Source: the human T2T-CHM13v2.0 reference genome, Homo sapiens
Reading direction: 5' to 3' (one strand)
NCBI RefSeq assembly: GCF_009914755.1
Contig: NC_060928.1
DNA length: 64,000 bases
The notes beneath the pieces are model-generated. The model did not search any database. It had not been told where the DNA came from and saw nothing but the letters and a program-made list of their open reading frames with translations. Made by a program: the position numbers and the translations under genes. Below, in pieces: positions 29,201 to 56,796 of this stretch. Numbering within the stretch: position 1 is the stretch's first letter; every line of letters starts with the position of its first letter.

Positions 29201-29334
29201 AATATATAAAATTGGTTCAGTGAAAAGTCTCTTCATCCTCTTTCCTCTAGCCACCATTTGCTTTCTCAAAAGCAATTAATGGAGCAGTTTGTTCTATCTT
29301 CTTCTTGAGATATTCTATGTATATGTGATAAAAG

Positions 29335-29400
29335 CCATCCATCCATCCATCCATCCATCCATCCATCCATCCATCCATCCCATCCATCCCATCCATCATC
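29335..29400 (+). repeat. (CATC)n tetranucleotide microsatellite
   Basis: ccatccatccatcc... directly visible. Confidence 0.95.
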
Positions 29401-30829
29401 ATATCTTTCTACCTACCTACCTATCTATATTTATCTATCTTTTCCTCCTCTCCATTTTTTTTACACTAATGGCAGCATACCATACACACAGTGAGCAATA
29501 TATCTTGGAGATGGTGCAGTATGAACATTTAGAGTGACATCATCCTCTTATATTGTGGCATTCTGCTCTTTTCATCTAACATACTGCATTTAACCAGTTC
29601 CCTGTAGGTGGGCATTTAGGTTTTTCCCCCATCTTTTGCTATATTACAAACAATGCTGCACATATGTAATTTAAAAATATGCTTAAGAGTAATTTGTATT
29701 TCTTTTTCTGTGAGCAGTCTTTTTTATAATGTGTCCATTTTTTACTATTGGGTCGTTAGTCTTTTCCTTATTGATTTCTACATGTTTGTATATTAGAGAA
29801 ATCAGCCCTTTGTCTCCGATGTGAATTGCATTTTTTCTTGTTTATTATTTGTATTTTGATTTTACTAATGGTCTTTGTCCCAATTCTAAAATTTCCCTGG
29901 AAGAGACTAATTGGATTAAAACACCCACTCTTGGTTAACTGTGGTGAAGGAAGTAGAGTGATTTTTCAAAACCCTGGAGTCTGGTCCTGTAGAATTGGGG
30001 GAAGAGGGTACAACTGACTAGGAAATTGTAAGCTAGGAAGGTACCCTAAAAGGAGTTTAGTACATTTCAATGTGTAAGGTATGTTTTCTAGTTACTGTGG
30101 ATACATATTTTGTCTAGGGGAAGAGAGTTCACAGTTTTAGCAAAGATACAGACCAACAAATAATCATCACTGCAATTAAGAGAAGTACACAGACATTGCT
30201 GTGGGCATAGAAGAAATCATTCTCTTTGGGAGGCCAAGGTGGGAGGATCACTTGAGCCTAGAATTTGAGACCAGCCTGGCCAACATGGTGAAACCCTGTC
30301 TCTATGAAAATACAAAAAAATTAGCCAGGTGTGGTGGTACACACCTGTAATCCTAGCTACTTGGGAGGCTGAGGCAGAATTGCTTGAACCTGGGAGACAG
30401 AGGTTGCAGTGAGCCAAGATCATGCCACGGCCCTCCAGCCTGGGTGACTCTCAAAAAAAAAAAAAAATAAAATAAAATAAATAAATAAATAAACCGTTCT
30501 ATTTGGGGCATCCAGAAAAGCTTTACAGGATAAAAGGGCATTTGGGTTGGGTTGTAAACACAAATGAAAGTGAATGACTAGGTTAGCCAATGGTTCAACA
30601 TCCCTGGAAAGGATGTATTGTGAGGTGTGTGATTGTCTCAAATAGAGGAGTAATATAACTGACAGAAGAATGTTAGCAGGTATGGTTACAGGATGTATAG
30701 TTTCCCTATTGGCAAGTGATAGGCAAGTGATATGAAAACTTGGCTGGGTGCGGTGGCTCATGCCTGTAATCCCAGCACTTTGGGAGGCCGAGGTCGGTGG
30801 ATCACCTGGGGTCAGGAGTTTGGAGATCA

Positions 30830-31116
<287 letters not shown>

Positions 31117-31778
31117 TCACGAAGACACAGAATTGTTGTTGCTATCACACTCAAAGAAGGAGGATTATCCTGGGAATAAGGAAGCTATCCTTGGCATTAT
31201 CCAGACTTTTTTTTTTTAATACTGTTTTTGCCAATCCTATCTCCACCCTTTCTTGTCAAGTTTGGAGACTGCCTCATGCCTGTCCATTCATGTACAGAGA
31301 AACTGGGTAAAACAAAGGTCAATTTCTCAAGAGCATTTCTCAGGAGACCTACATTTCAGGCTTATTTGAGGTCATTTTTGCAGGAGTGGCAGCATTTGGA
31401 AGCAGAGGTGAGGGGGTTTGGATTTTATCTTCAAATATGTAGACAAGTGTTTCCTCCAAAATGTGATATAAAATCACATGTCCTGGGATACTCTCTATGA
31501 ATAAAGGATTTGCGGTCAAGTAAGTTTGGAAATATTTACTAGTATATCCTTTTCTTAGAGTTCCTAGGCACATTGGCATATTAAAAGCTCTGAGAATTTA
31601 TTCAAAGAAAAAACAGAGTGCAATGAGAAGCCCTTCAGTTTAAAAGCAATGCATAACTATTTATCCCTATTGAGAAAAGCTAGTAGAAATTAGAGGAGCT
31701 GTGAAGTTTGTGAGAGGAGAGAGACACAATCAGATTTGGTTTTTCATAAAGTTTTCACTCAGACTGGAATGCCATTGA

Positions 31779-32281
<503 letters not shown>

Positions 32282-32720
32282 TAGCTAATTTTTGTATTTC
32301 TTGTAGAGATGGAGTTTCCCCATGTTGTCCAGGATGGCACCTTTTATAGATAAATAATTGCACTAAGAAAATTACATTTTCTTTATGATTGAGTCCACTA
32401 ATATCTGTGAGTAATAACTACTATTTATTAAGCCTCTTTTATGTACATTTATTATTTTAATTAATCAGAATGTAGCTTTTATGAATGCTATTTGAGAGAT
32501 GAGAAAACTGAGTATTTGAGAGTTTAAGTAATTTTCCCAAGGTCAGAGCTTGATGCACCCTGGGTTGAGTGTGGTAAAGAAATCTTACATAAAGATAAAA
32601 CCCATTGATATTTATTTACTTTAGATAATGGCAATATTATCTACTATTCGGTTTCCACTAAATTTAAAATGGAAAAACACAATAATTCCAGCATATGTTG
32701 GTCCTACTTTCTTTTAGTAA

Positions 32721-32939
<219 letters not shown>

Positions 32940-33425
32940 TAGCCAGGCTGGTCTCCATCTCCTGACATCGTGATCCGCCCGCCTTGGCCTCCCAAAGTGC
33001 TGGGATTACAGGTGTGAGCCACTGCGCCTGGTCAACAATACTATTCTTAGTTGGGAATGAAAACAGTGTCATTAGCCATTATGTAGAAGAGGAAAAAATC
33101 CTGACACAGATTTTCTTGATTTGCCATATGTCTTGTCATAGAGTGATGCTCACTTATTCTTTCACTCAGTAAACATTCATGGAGTGTTTATATTGCACAA
33201 GGCTGGGAGTCTGACAATGAGGAATACAAGGCTGAATGGGAAACTTCAAGGCATTGATGACTTAGTAAGGGAGATTATAAACACATGAATAATTAAGTGG
33301 AATGCTTCAAGTCATAATCCAAGTATAGGAATACAAAGGTGGCATAGATTATTAATATTTTTGGTTGGAAGGAAATCATACCTATGTTCTAAACATAAAC
33401 ACAGACAATCATGTTTAGAATTTAG

Positions 33426-33755
<330 letters not shown>

Positions 33756-34061
33756 TAGCCAGGATGGTCTCCATCACCTGACCTCGTGATCCGCCTGCCT
33801 CGGCCTCCCAAAGTGCTGGGATTACAGGCGTGAGCCACTGCGCCCGGCCCAAAATATAAACTTTAGTCTTTCCTTAAAGGTAAGTTTTTAATCTAAAATG
33901 CCAGGATTCATTTTAATGTATTAAGTAGTAGACATTTTACCATTCCTCAGATTTATCTGGCATTTTAGATATATTGTCACATAATTCTAACAAGACCAAT
34001 TGTAATAAAACCAACTGGAAGACTGAAGAGAATGTGAGCAGGTGTGGCACCCACAAGATAG

Positions 34062-34295
<234 letters not shown>

Positions 34296-35810
34296 TGATC
34301 CCATCCGCCTGCCTCAGCCTCCCAAAGTGCTGGGATTACAGGCGTGAGCCACTGTGCCAGGCCCTATTCTTAAATGTCTTCTTTGAAATTTAAAGAGACA
34401 CGGCCCGGTGCGGTGGCTCACGCCTTTAATTCCAGCACTTTGAGAGGCCGAGGTGGGAGGATCACCTGAGGTCAGGAGTTAGAGGCCAGCCTGGACAACA
34501 CAGAGAAACCCTTCCTCTACTAAAAATATAAAAATTGGCTGGGTTTGGTGGCAGACGCCTGCAATTCCAGCTATTCGGGGGGCTGAGGCACGAGAATCAC
34601 TTGAACTCGGGAGGCGTTAAGTTGAAGTGAGCTGAGACTGTGCCACTGCACTCCAGCCTGGGCAACAGAGCAACTCTAGTCACCGCCCCCCCGCCGCCCC
34701 AAAAAAAAAAGAAATTTAAAGGGACATGAACTTCAATGAGAACGAGCATGATAACCAAAACCTTTATCCCAGATACTAATCTAATGCTGATTGATGCTTC
34801 ACCCTTTAAAAGACGTGTTGTACTTTTCCCATTGGCTTAGAATTTGAACCAATAAGAAAGGAGGAAATCTTTATAAATATTCACAACCGAAGGCTGATAC
34901 TGCGAATGTTGAGTGAAGATTGCTTTGTTCTTCATTCCAGTCTCACTTTCAGAACTTTATGGTGTTGATGTTCTTCTTATTGCCATAGTAAACAAACTTT
35001 AAAAACATTCAGCTTGGGTGTTGTCTTTGTGGCTTGAAATATATTTTCCAATGTTAAGAAGAGTTTATTTCTTATTGTTCTGACTTAAGATTTGATGAAT
35101 CCTTAACAGATGTTCAAAGGAAAATAATTTAAATGCTAGTTTTTATTATCATGGTGAACATATTTCAAAAACAAAATATTAATTTCCTCGACATCTTTCA
35201 AGTTTATAATTACTAGGGTTCTTTCATTTCTAAAGTGGCATATATTACAGTTTTTAGTCTCTTATAATGGTTGTTTAGAGGCAGAGTTAATGTTAGCTTC
35301 TCAGCAACAGCTATTTATCTCTTGAGATTCTGGGTTATTACAATTTTTTGTTTTTGAAATTTAATAAAAGCATTAAGGGGTTTTTGTATAGTGATTTTTT
35401 TTTAAGGATGAACATGAAGTCTGTGATTTAACACTGGGACTCGAGACCTCTAAATACAAAATTCATACAAAAGGAAAAATTCCCCTATTTTTCTATATGG
35501 ATGGTTTCATCAGAAAATTTATCTTCTTGAGTTCTCTCCTTATATATTACTAGTTTCTTGAAAAAGCACTACAACGTTCTCATTGTGAATAAGTGTTCCA
35601 GTTAGACCTAAACGACAAAAACCACTTGCACTTGCCCCAAATTTACACTCTGTTTAAAGCAACTGCCATAACAACCAACAATGTATCTTCGATGCAAAGG
35701 GACACTTTGTCATGAGGTTATTTCGCTTCTCTATTCTGGGAAAAACCACTGCAAGTGGAATGAAAAGTAACCGCAAAGGGAGGGGACGGAGGAAGTAAAA
35801 AACAGGCAAA

Positions 35811-35848
35811 ACCACCACCACTACCATCACCACCACCACCACCAACCA
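35811..35848 (+). repeat. Imperfect (ACC)n trinucleotide repeat at the edge of the CpG island
   Basis: accaccaccactaccatcaccaccaccaccaccaacc. Confidence 0.9.
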
Positions 35849-35999
35849 GAAAGCAAAGGTGAAAAATTTGCGTACCCTGAAAACACTAAACATTTCACAT
35901 CAGAACCCAGAACAAATAAACCAGGGAAAGCAGAGTTGAGAGAAAAAAAATGGTGCAGGCTTGGGGACGGACTCATACTACAGCGGTCGCAAGAGGGAA

Positions 36000-37530
36000 G
36001 AGCACGTCTTTGCTTTTTCTTGGCATCCGAAAACTCAAGCTCGAACTGGGGGCAAAGGCCAGCGGCTGCGGTTCCACCGGCTAAGGCGCACACATTCCCC
36101 GAGCTCAGACCGCACGCTGGCAGGGCCGATGGGGCTGGGCAGCCTCCCTCCACCCCGTGGCAGTCGCCTACCCCTTTGTCTCCCCGTGGGGCTCCGAGGC
36201 CGCGCGCCCGGAAGCCCCCCGCGGGAGGGCCGCGCGCGAGAAGGCGGGTTCCCGTGCCCGCCGCAGCGGCCACGGCCCTAGTCAGGCAATGCCGAGGCCG
36301 GTCGCTCGCCTCGCCGTCCCTCCCAACTTGCAGCCTGGACCCCGCGCGCGTCAGGGCTCGTCCCAGCTCTGCTTTCCTTTCTCCCCTCACCTCGCGAGGC
36401 CGACCTTGTGTTTGTTTTGTTTTTTGGGGCTCGGGAGAGTGCCGAGGGCTAGAAACAGCTGTGGTTTACCGCGCCGCTTATTTTGGCAAAAATTCCGGGC
36501 CTGTTGCAATGTTCCCCAGCGCCAAACAGCTCCCGCCTTCCCCCCAAGCAGAACCCGACACTCGAAGAAGGGCTTGCTCCTCCAGGGACCCCCTGATAAG
36601 AAAAGTGGGGACCACGGCCCGCTCTCGGGCGAGACTTGGGGGGTGGGCGACCGGAAGCAGCCGAACCGGCCGGGCAGGGCTTGCTCTCCAACGGGAGAGC
36701 GGGAGCGGGAGAGGTGGGAGCGCCCGCGGGCTCAAGTCCCCCGGGCCGCCGCGCCGAGGCGGAGCTCGGGGACGAAGCAGAGGTCGTGGCGGACAGCCGG
36801 CGGGCTTGGGGGGGGGCGGTGGGCGGCGATCCACCTGGGCGACGTGGCAGCCATTGCCGGCGCCTCGAGACCCCTCCCCACCCGGCCGCCCACCCGCCCT
36901 CTCGCGGCGGGCTTCTGCGCGGCTGCTCTTCCCCGGCCGGACGGAGAGCGGCAGTGTCTCCCCGCCGGGCGCGCTCGCCGTGTCTCCCCCGCGGCCGCAG
37001 CTGCTTGCTAGCCTTGCGCGGCGCGGGAGAGCGCAGTGGCGCCGGCGGGAAAGGGCTGCGGACCTGCGGCGCCGCGTTGTGCGTTCGACGACGCGGCACC
37101 GGCTTCGACGCCCTCTGCCCGCTCCAGAAGCAGGTAAAGGCGGCGGGTGGGAGGCAGGGAGGCGGGTCCAAGGTGAGGGCCCTGGAGGTTAGGGGTCCCG
37201 GGGCTCCGAGCCGAAGCGGAGGGCCTGAAGCAGCGGCGGGCGGCGCGGCGAATGAACCCCCAAGCCCTGAATGTGGGGCCCGGCGCGGGCCGCCTCCGAT
37301 CTGACCCGCGGGCCCGGCTGCCCGGACGGAAGGGAAGTGAGGCGTCGGCGAGAGGCGGGCCCTGGCGCTCAGCCCGAGGCCGGGCGAAGGCGGGGGCCGC
37401 GGCCGCTTCCTTGGCCTCCGAGTGCCTGGCGGGCCTCCAGGCCCCAGACACACCCCTCTCGACCCCCCGAGGTTTCCTCCCAGATCTGTTCCCGCCGGGA
37501 CCTGACCTTGCGCCCCTCCAGGCGCCTTAG
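36000..37530. promoter_or_regulatory. CpG island / bidirectional promoter (N4BP2 on +, LOC344967 on -)
   Basis: Very high GC and CpG density, free of Alus; GC boxes; ETS cores (ccggaag at ~36208 and ~36651); splice donors on both strands pointing away from the island. Confidence 0.93.
36950..37133 (+). other. N4BP2: Non-coding exon 1 of a plus-strand gene, probably N4BP2 (5' boundary approximate)
   Basis: ATG-free GC-rich segment ending in donor CAG|GTAAAG (37133/37134). Gene identity from recalled adjacency to KRT18P25 and LOC344967; no N4BP2 coding exon lies in the window. Confidence 0.75.
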
Positions 37531-38852
37531 GTGTTTGCCAGGCGGAGCCTTCTGGGAACTTCAGGCCACCTTCCTGAGCACATAGTCCTAGCAGAGCCGT
37601 TTATTTACTCAGTTCAAGTCCAGACACACAGCCACTCACACGTTCGGATTTTGGAGACTGCGGGGAGACTTTCCCCTCCCCGGCATTTGTGTGTCTTTGG
37701 CCCTCGTCCCGCCTCCCCTGCCCCCATCTGCAACTTTGTCCCTCAATGGGACCCTTCTAGAGCCCCTCTCTCATCGGGACTCTCTCTAAGCCGTCCGTTT
37801 GGAAATTCATCCTCAATAGAGTGAGTCATCTTAGCGGGGGCACAGTTTATCTCTCATGCGCTTTTGGTTAAAATAGTTTTTTTTTTCCCTCCGAAAGAGA
37901 GCTAGAGTAATAGAATGTAGATGACAGGTCAGTGTCAGTGTTGGCTTCAAAGGCTCTTCCTTTCGGCGGCAGTCTTTGTAACTAGGATCTGATATTTGTG
38001 GCACGGACAGGTTTGTACACATTCTCGCCATGCAGTGGTTGTAATGTCTCCATGGCACAGTTCTGGCTTGAAGGCAGGATTGGCTGCTTTTTCTACTCGA
38101 CATCTTTGAGCCAATCAGCAAGGGCTGCTTGCCTGGAGACTGGTTAACTCAGTAAAGGTGGCCATTGGTTGAGCTCCTAGAAGAAAATCCTGGAGATGAA
38201 CCTAGCCTCTCAGAAAACAATGACTGATTTGCAGCTGTATTAAAAAAATGTTTTCTTTTAATCCCAACATCAGCCTTTTCACTCCGTTTTTATTACTTCC
38301 AGTGTTTTTCTTTCAAACACCAGCTGTCTTTTGTAACTCGTTTTAACTCTCATCCTTTAATTTTAACTAAAAGACGCGCTTTAGGAAATGTAAACATCGT
38401 GTGTTCTGTGTTTTGATAAACGTGGTTCCATCTGCCTTTCTAACATTGTTTACTGCTAAAGGTCAGAAATAAACAGTTTTGAGTTTCGCTGCCAGGACCT
38501 TTTATTATTTAAGTGCCGTGCTAGGATGGGGGGTAGGAGCGAGGGGCTGTAGTGGTGGACATGGTGGGAAGAATAGGAAATAAATGGCTGCTCTTTTGCA
38601 AGGAGGCTACAATTTAGTTAATGAAAAAAGACTAACCTGTAAAACAATAAAGAATAAAGCAGTTGAAATCAGCACGCAGTACGTACGAATGCCAGTTTGT
38701 GTACTTGTTGACTTTAGTTAATTTGAAGGGGAGATAGAAGTACTGTATTTCATAGAAAAAGTGGGCTTAAGTTATGGTAGAGGCATGTTTTTTCCTTCAT
38801 TAAAGTATATTAAAGTAGGCATAGTATCTTGTATGTACACAGTAGAAGCTAA

Positions 38853-46720
<7,868 letters not shown>

Positions 46721-46849
46721 CCCTGGTCTGTTTTTGAGTCTATCTCTCTTGAGTGAACATTCTCTTTCTCTGCTAAATCACCTTGTCTCAGTTTTTTTCT
46801 TTGTAGTTAAGCTACTCATAGTTTTTTTAGTTGGGGAAAAAAGTACAAC

Positions 46850-48910
<2,061 letters not shown>

Positions 48911-49020
48911 CATAATTTTTATCCTTTAAAAAATTCCCAGGCTGGGCACAGTGGCTCACGCCTGTAATCTCAGCACTTTGGGAGACCGAGGCAGGTGGAT
49001 CACTTGAGGTCAGGGGTTCA

Positions 49021-49392
<372 letters not shown>

Positions 49393-51641
49393 TTAGCTGG
49401 GCTTAGTTGTTCTTGCCTGTAATCCCAGCTACTCGGAGGCTGAGGCAGGAGAATCACTTGAACCTGGGAGGTGGAGCCAAGATTGCACCACTGCACGAAA
49501 GAGTGAGACTGTTTTAAAAAAAAATTCCCTTTCATTTTTTTCCCTTCCTTTCATTTTAAACTCACTTACAGCGTGGTTGAATTTTTCTTTTTTCTTCTCG
49601 ACATGTAAGGACAGATAACCTATACATAACCTTTGAAATATGGAGTGTGCCCTGCTTTATAAAAACTTGGCATTTTTGAATTACATGTTTCATGTTAAGA
49701 GTTGATATTTGAATTAAAAAAGGATTTTGGCCAGGCACAGTTGCCCATTCCTGTATTCCCAGCACTGTGGGAGGCTGAGGGGAGAGGATTGCTTGAAGCC
49801 AGGAGTTGGAGACCAGTGTGGGCAGCAAAGCGAGACCCTGTCTCTACAAAACAAAATAAAAGAAGCAACAACAAAAAATAAGCCAGGTGGAATGGTGCAT
49901 GCATGTGGTCCCAGCTTTGGGAAGCTGATGCAGGAGTATTGCTTGAGCCCAGGAGTTCAAAGCTGTAGTGTTGTACCACTGCACTCCAGCCTGGGTGGCA
50001 GAGTGAGACCCTGTCTCTTAAAAAAACAAAAAACAAACACAACCCCCAAAAACTCTTTCTTTGCTTTGTAGAGGTATTCTTTTAGTGGATTAAATATGGT
50101 TTTATCTTTTCAAACATCTTAGAAGCAAACTAGTTTGCTTGAAGCATGGTACATTTTAAAAACTTTCATTAGGAAAATAGAGATATAGAAAAGTAGTATG
50201 ATACATTGAAACCACAGGTACCCACCTGCTTGATTCAACAATTGTTACCATTTTGCCATATTTGTTTTATCTACATATATAAATTTCCTGAACCATTTAA
50301 AAGTAAACTAAGAGGGGCAAATAAGTTTTTTTCAGTTTTCCCTTTTAAGTATCATATGATTGTATTATAAATGTATGTATTTTGGACTTTGACATTTAAA
50401 GATTTAGATTGATATTTGCTCTTTTAAAAGATTATATAAGAAGACGTATATCTTCAGATCTCGCCAAGGAAAAGGAGGACATTCTCCCTATATAGCCATA
50501 AAACCATTATCATTTCTAGCAAAATTACCAGTAATTCCCTAGTATTATACTACTTTTTGATTTTTTTTTGAGACAGGGTCTTGCTCTGTTGCCCAGACTA
50601 GAGTACAGCAGCACATTCATGGCTTACTGCAGCCTTGACCTCCCAGGCTCAAGCCATTCTCCTGCCTCAGCCTCCTGGAGTGGCTGGGGGCTACAGGCAC
50701 ATACCACCATGACTGGCTAATTTTTGTATTTTTTGTAGAGATGTGGTCTTGCCATGTTGCCCAGGCTGGTCTTAAACTTGTAGTCTCAAGTGATCCTCCT
50801 GCCTTGGCCTCGCAAAGTGCTGGGATTACAGGCATGTGACCTGATTCCCTGATACATGCTACTTATACTATATTCAGATTTCCTGAGTTGTTCCAAAAAT
50901 GTTTTTGATTGCTGTGTGGTGTTTTTTTTTCTTCTTTTTTTTTTTGAGAGGAAGTCTTGCTCTATCACCCAGGCTGGAGTGCAGTGGCGTGATCTTCGCT
51001 CACTGCAACCTCCTTCTCCTGAGTTCATGCAGTTCTCTTGCCTCAGCCTCCTAAATAGCTGGGATTACAGGTGTCCGCCACCATGCCTGGCTAATTTTTG
51101 TATTTTTAGTGGAGACGGGGTTTCACCATGTTGGCCAGGCTGGTGTTTTTTTTTTAAATGCCAGATTTCAGTCAAGAACTACCCGTTGCATTTGGGTTGT
51201 AATCTTGAGTCTTTTTAAATATATAGGTAGAACTGTCTCTTCTACCCATCCACCTCCTTCTCTACTCTGCCTCTCCTTCCCTACTCTGCCTCTCCTTCCC
51301 TGTGGTATTGACCTGTTAGGTCTGTTGAGACGATTACATTTTGTATTGCTGCTTGTTTCCTCATGGTGTAGTATTACTTCTTCCTCTATCCCCTATATTT
51401 ATTTCCTGTAAACTGGGAGTTAGATCTAAAGGTGTGAGTAGACTTAGGTTAAACAGTTTTGGAAGAGTATCTCATTTAGTAATGCTGTGTACTTCCTACT
51501 GTTTCTAGTTAAGAGGCATATAATGTCAGGTCCCACTATTTTGATGCTGTATTTGATCACCAAGCTAATGTGGTGAGAACCTGATCATTTCATTATAAAG
51601 TTATGGTTTTCTTTTTGCTTCTAGCAAGTAGTAATCTATAG

Positions 51642-52138
<497 letters not shown>

Positions 52139-52313
52139 TAAGCTGGGACTACAAGCATTTGCCACTATGCCTGGCTAATTTTTTTTTTCTTTTTTGAGAT
52201 GGAGTCTCCTTCTGTCACCCAAGCTGGAGTGCGGTGGCACAATCTCAGCTCACTGCAATCTCCGCCTTCCGGGTTCAAGTGATTCTTGTGCGTCAGCCTC
52301 CTGAGTAAGCTGA

Positions 52314-52472
<159 letters not shown>

Positions 52473-52586
52473 TGAGTAGCTGGGATTATAGGCACGTGCC
52501 ACCATGCCCAGCTAATTTTTGTATTTTTAGTAGAGATGGGGTTTCGCCATGTTTGCCAGGATGGTCTTGATCTCCTGACCTCGTGA

Positions 52587-53003
<417 letters not shown>

Positions 53004-53557
53004 TAGCAGAGACGGGGTCTCACCATGTTGGCCAGGCTGGTCTCAAACTCCTGACCTCAAGTAATCCACCCACCTTGGCCTCCAAAGTGTTGGGATTACA
53101 GGTGTGAGCCACCGCACCTGGCCAGGTCAATTTCTTTACCAACTTTTCACCTAATGATTTTAGCATTCATTGATGATTCTTGATTAGCTATTTAATTATT
53201 GGTTAAAAAATGGTAATTAGTTTTGGGTTCTGTTGTTCCTTATACATTTAGTAGCTAGCCACCTTCTATAAAGATAAGGTTTCTCTCATCAACTAAGGCT
53301 ATTTTGTTACCTGGAATTAGTGTTCTACTTAAAGGCAGAATAGATGCTTAGTTACTTTCTTTTATACAGACTTTTTCAGAGTGCAATAGTCACCTCCAGT
53401 GGCAATAAGTGCAGTCTTTCTTGTCTTTTCTCTTTTGTCACTTTCTTTTTGGAATATCATATATATTATAAATATTATAGACATTTTTGACTTTGATTTC
53501 TTTTGTGATTATAGTTTGATGTGAATTTGACTTTAATATATAACTTTCCTTTCATAG

Positions 53558-53654
53558 TAAGAAGACATGTTGGATAACAAGAAGAGGTGTAGAGTTTGCA
53601 TATATCAACTGTGGCCTTAATGAGCATGTTGACAGCATCGATGCTAGACAGACA
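53558..53654 (+). other. N4BP2: 97-nt non-coding exon 2 (5'UTR) of the plus-strand gene, probably N4BP2
   Basis: Unique sequence between Alus; acceptor taactttcctttcatag| (AG 53556-53557) and donor ACA|GTAAGT (53655-53660). Confidence 0.8.
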
Positions 53655-53676
53655 GTAAGTGTTATTAAAGTTGTAG

Positions 53677-54430
<754 letters not shown>

Positions 54431-54477
54431 TGATCCACCCACTTTGACCTCCCAAAGTGCTGGAATTACAGGCGTGA

Positions 54478-54651
<174 letters not shown>

Positions 54652-54787
54652 TAAAAAAACACCTCATGAGAAGGAAAATATAATCACAGATTTTGTTACT
54701 AGAATTTTCAAAAGAGCTTTCGTGGTATAAGACATGTTGACTGAGGAAGCATAAAGAACTGAATTGTGGTGTTAGTTTTTCTATTTA

Positions 54788-55163
<376 letters not shown>

Positions 55164-56559
55164 TTACATATTGTTAGCCATCCATAAATATTTGTGCACC
55201 TGTTTTATGTGTGGTACTATGCATAGTACCATTTTGGCGTATATATCATGATCCATGTTCTCAAGAAACATTATTAGTTGTAGATATAAACACATATAGA
55301 TGGAAATTAATAAGTCAGTAATACCGACTGACTCTAAATTAAGCAAGACTAGTACTGCAATAAGTAGTTAAGGATTATAGACAGTATTGATGTATTATAC
55401 AGAAATACACTTGGAATTAAAGGTATATATTTTTCAGCAACTGGCTTTAACATTTAACAACATGTCTCAGAGGTCTATCCAGTTTTTACACAGCTTTTCT
55501 TTTATTTATTTATTTTTTTGAGATGGAGTCTCACTCTGTCGCCTAGGCTGGAGTGCAGTGGCGCGATCTTAGCTCACTGCAACCTCTGCCTCCCAGTTAA
55601 AGTGATTCTTCTGCCTCAGCCTCCTCAGTAGCTGGGACTACAGGTGCATGCCACCATGCCTGGCTAATTTTTGTATTTTTAGTAGAGATGGGGTTTCACC
55701 ATATTGGCCAGGCTGGTCTGGAACTCCTGACCTTATGATTCGCCTGCCTCGGCTTCCCAAAGTGCTGGGGTTACAGGCATGAGCCACTGTGCCAGGCCTA
55801 CACATCTTATTTCTATATTCCACCAACTTTTTTTTATTACTGCATAGTATTCCAAAGGATGAGTTCTGCCATAATTTATACTGTTTTCCTAAGTGTTTAG
55901 GATGTTATAACAGATAGATACATATTTCTTTTTTTGTTTGTTTGTTTGAGACAGGGTTTTGCTTTGTTGCCCAGGCTGGAGTGCAGTGCTTTGATTACTG
56001 CCTACTGCAGCCTTGGCCTCTCAGGCCCAAACAATCCTCCTACCTCAGTCTCCTGAGCAGCTGGGACTACAGGCATGTACCACCAGGCCTAGCTAATTTT
56101 AAATTTTTCACAGAGATGTGTTCTCCCTATGTTGCCCGGGCTTGTATTGAACTCCTGCGCTTAAGCAATCCTCCTCCTTTGGCTTCCCAAAGTGCTGGAA
56201 TTAGAGGTGTGAGCCATCATGCCTGCCCCTGATAGATATATTTAAAGATGATTGGTTACTTTAATTTGGTTACATTTTCTATAAAAAGTATTTTTTGGCC
56301 AGGTGCGGTGGCTCCTGCCTGTAATCCCAGTACTTAGAGACACTGAGGCAGGAGGATCACTTGAGGTCAAGAGTTCGAGGCCAGCCTGGCCATCATGGTG
56401 AAACTCTGTCTCTACTAAAAGTACAAAAATTAGCCAGGCGTGGTGGTGCACACCTGTGGTCCCAGCTATTCGGGAGGCTGAGGTAGGAAAATCACTTGAA
56501 CCTGGGAGGCAGAGGTAGCATTGAGCTCAGATCCTGTCACTGCACTCTAGCTTAGGTGA

Positions 56560-56796
<237 letters not shown>

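Noticed and set aside
35827-37585. ORFs of 187-418 aa rich in R/G/P/A
   Set aside because: Expected stop-codon scarcity in a CpG island; non-ATG starts and no recognisable domain
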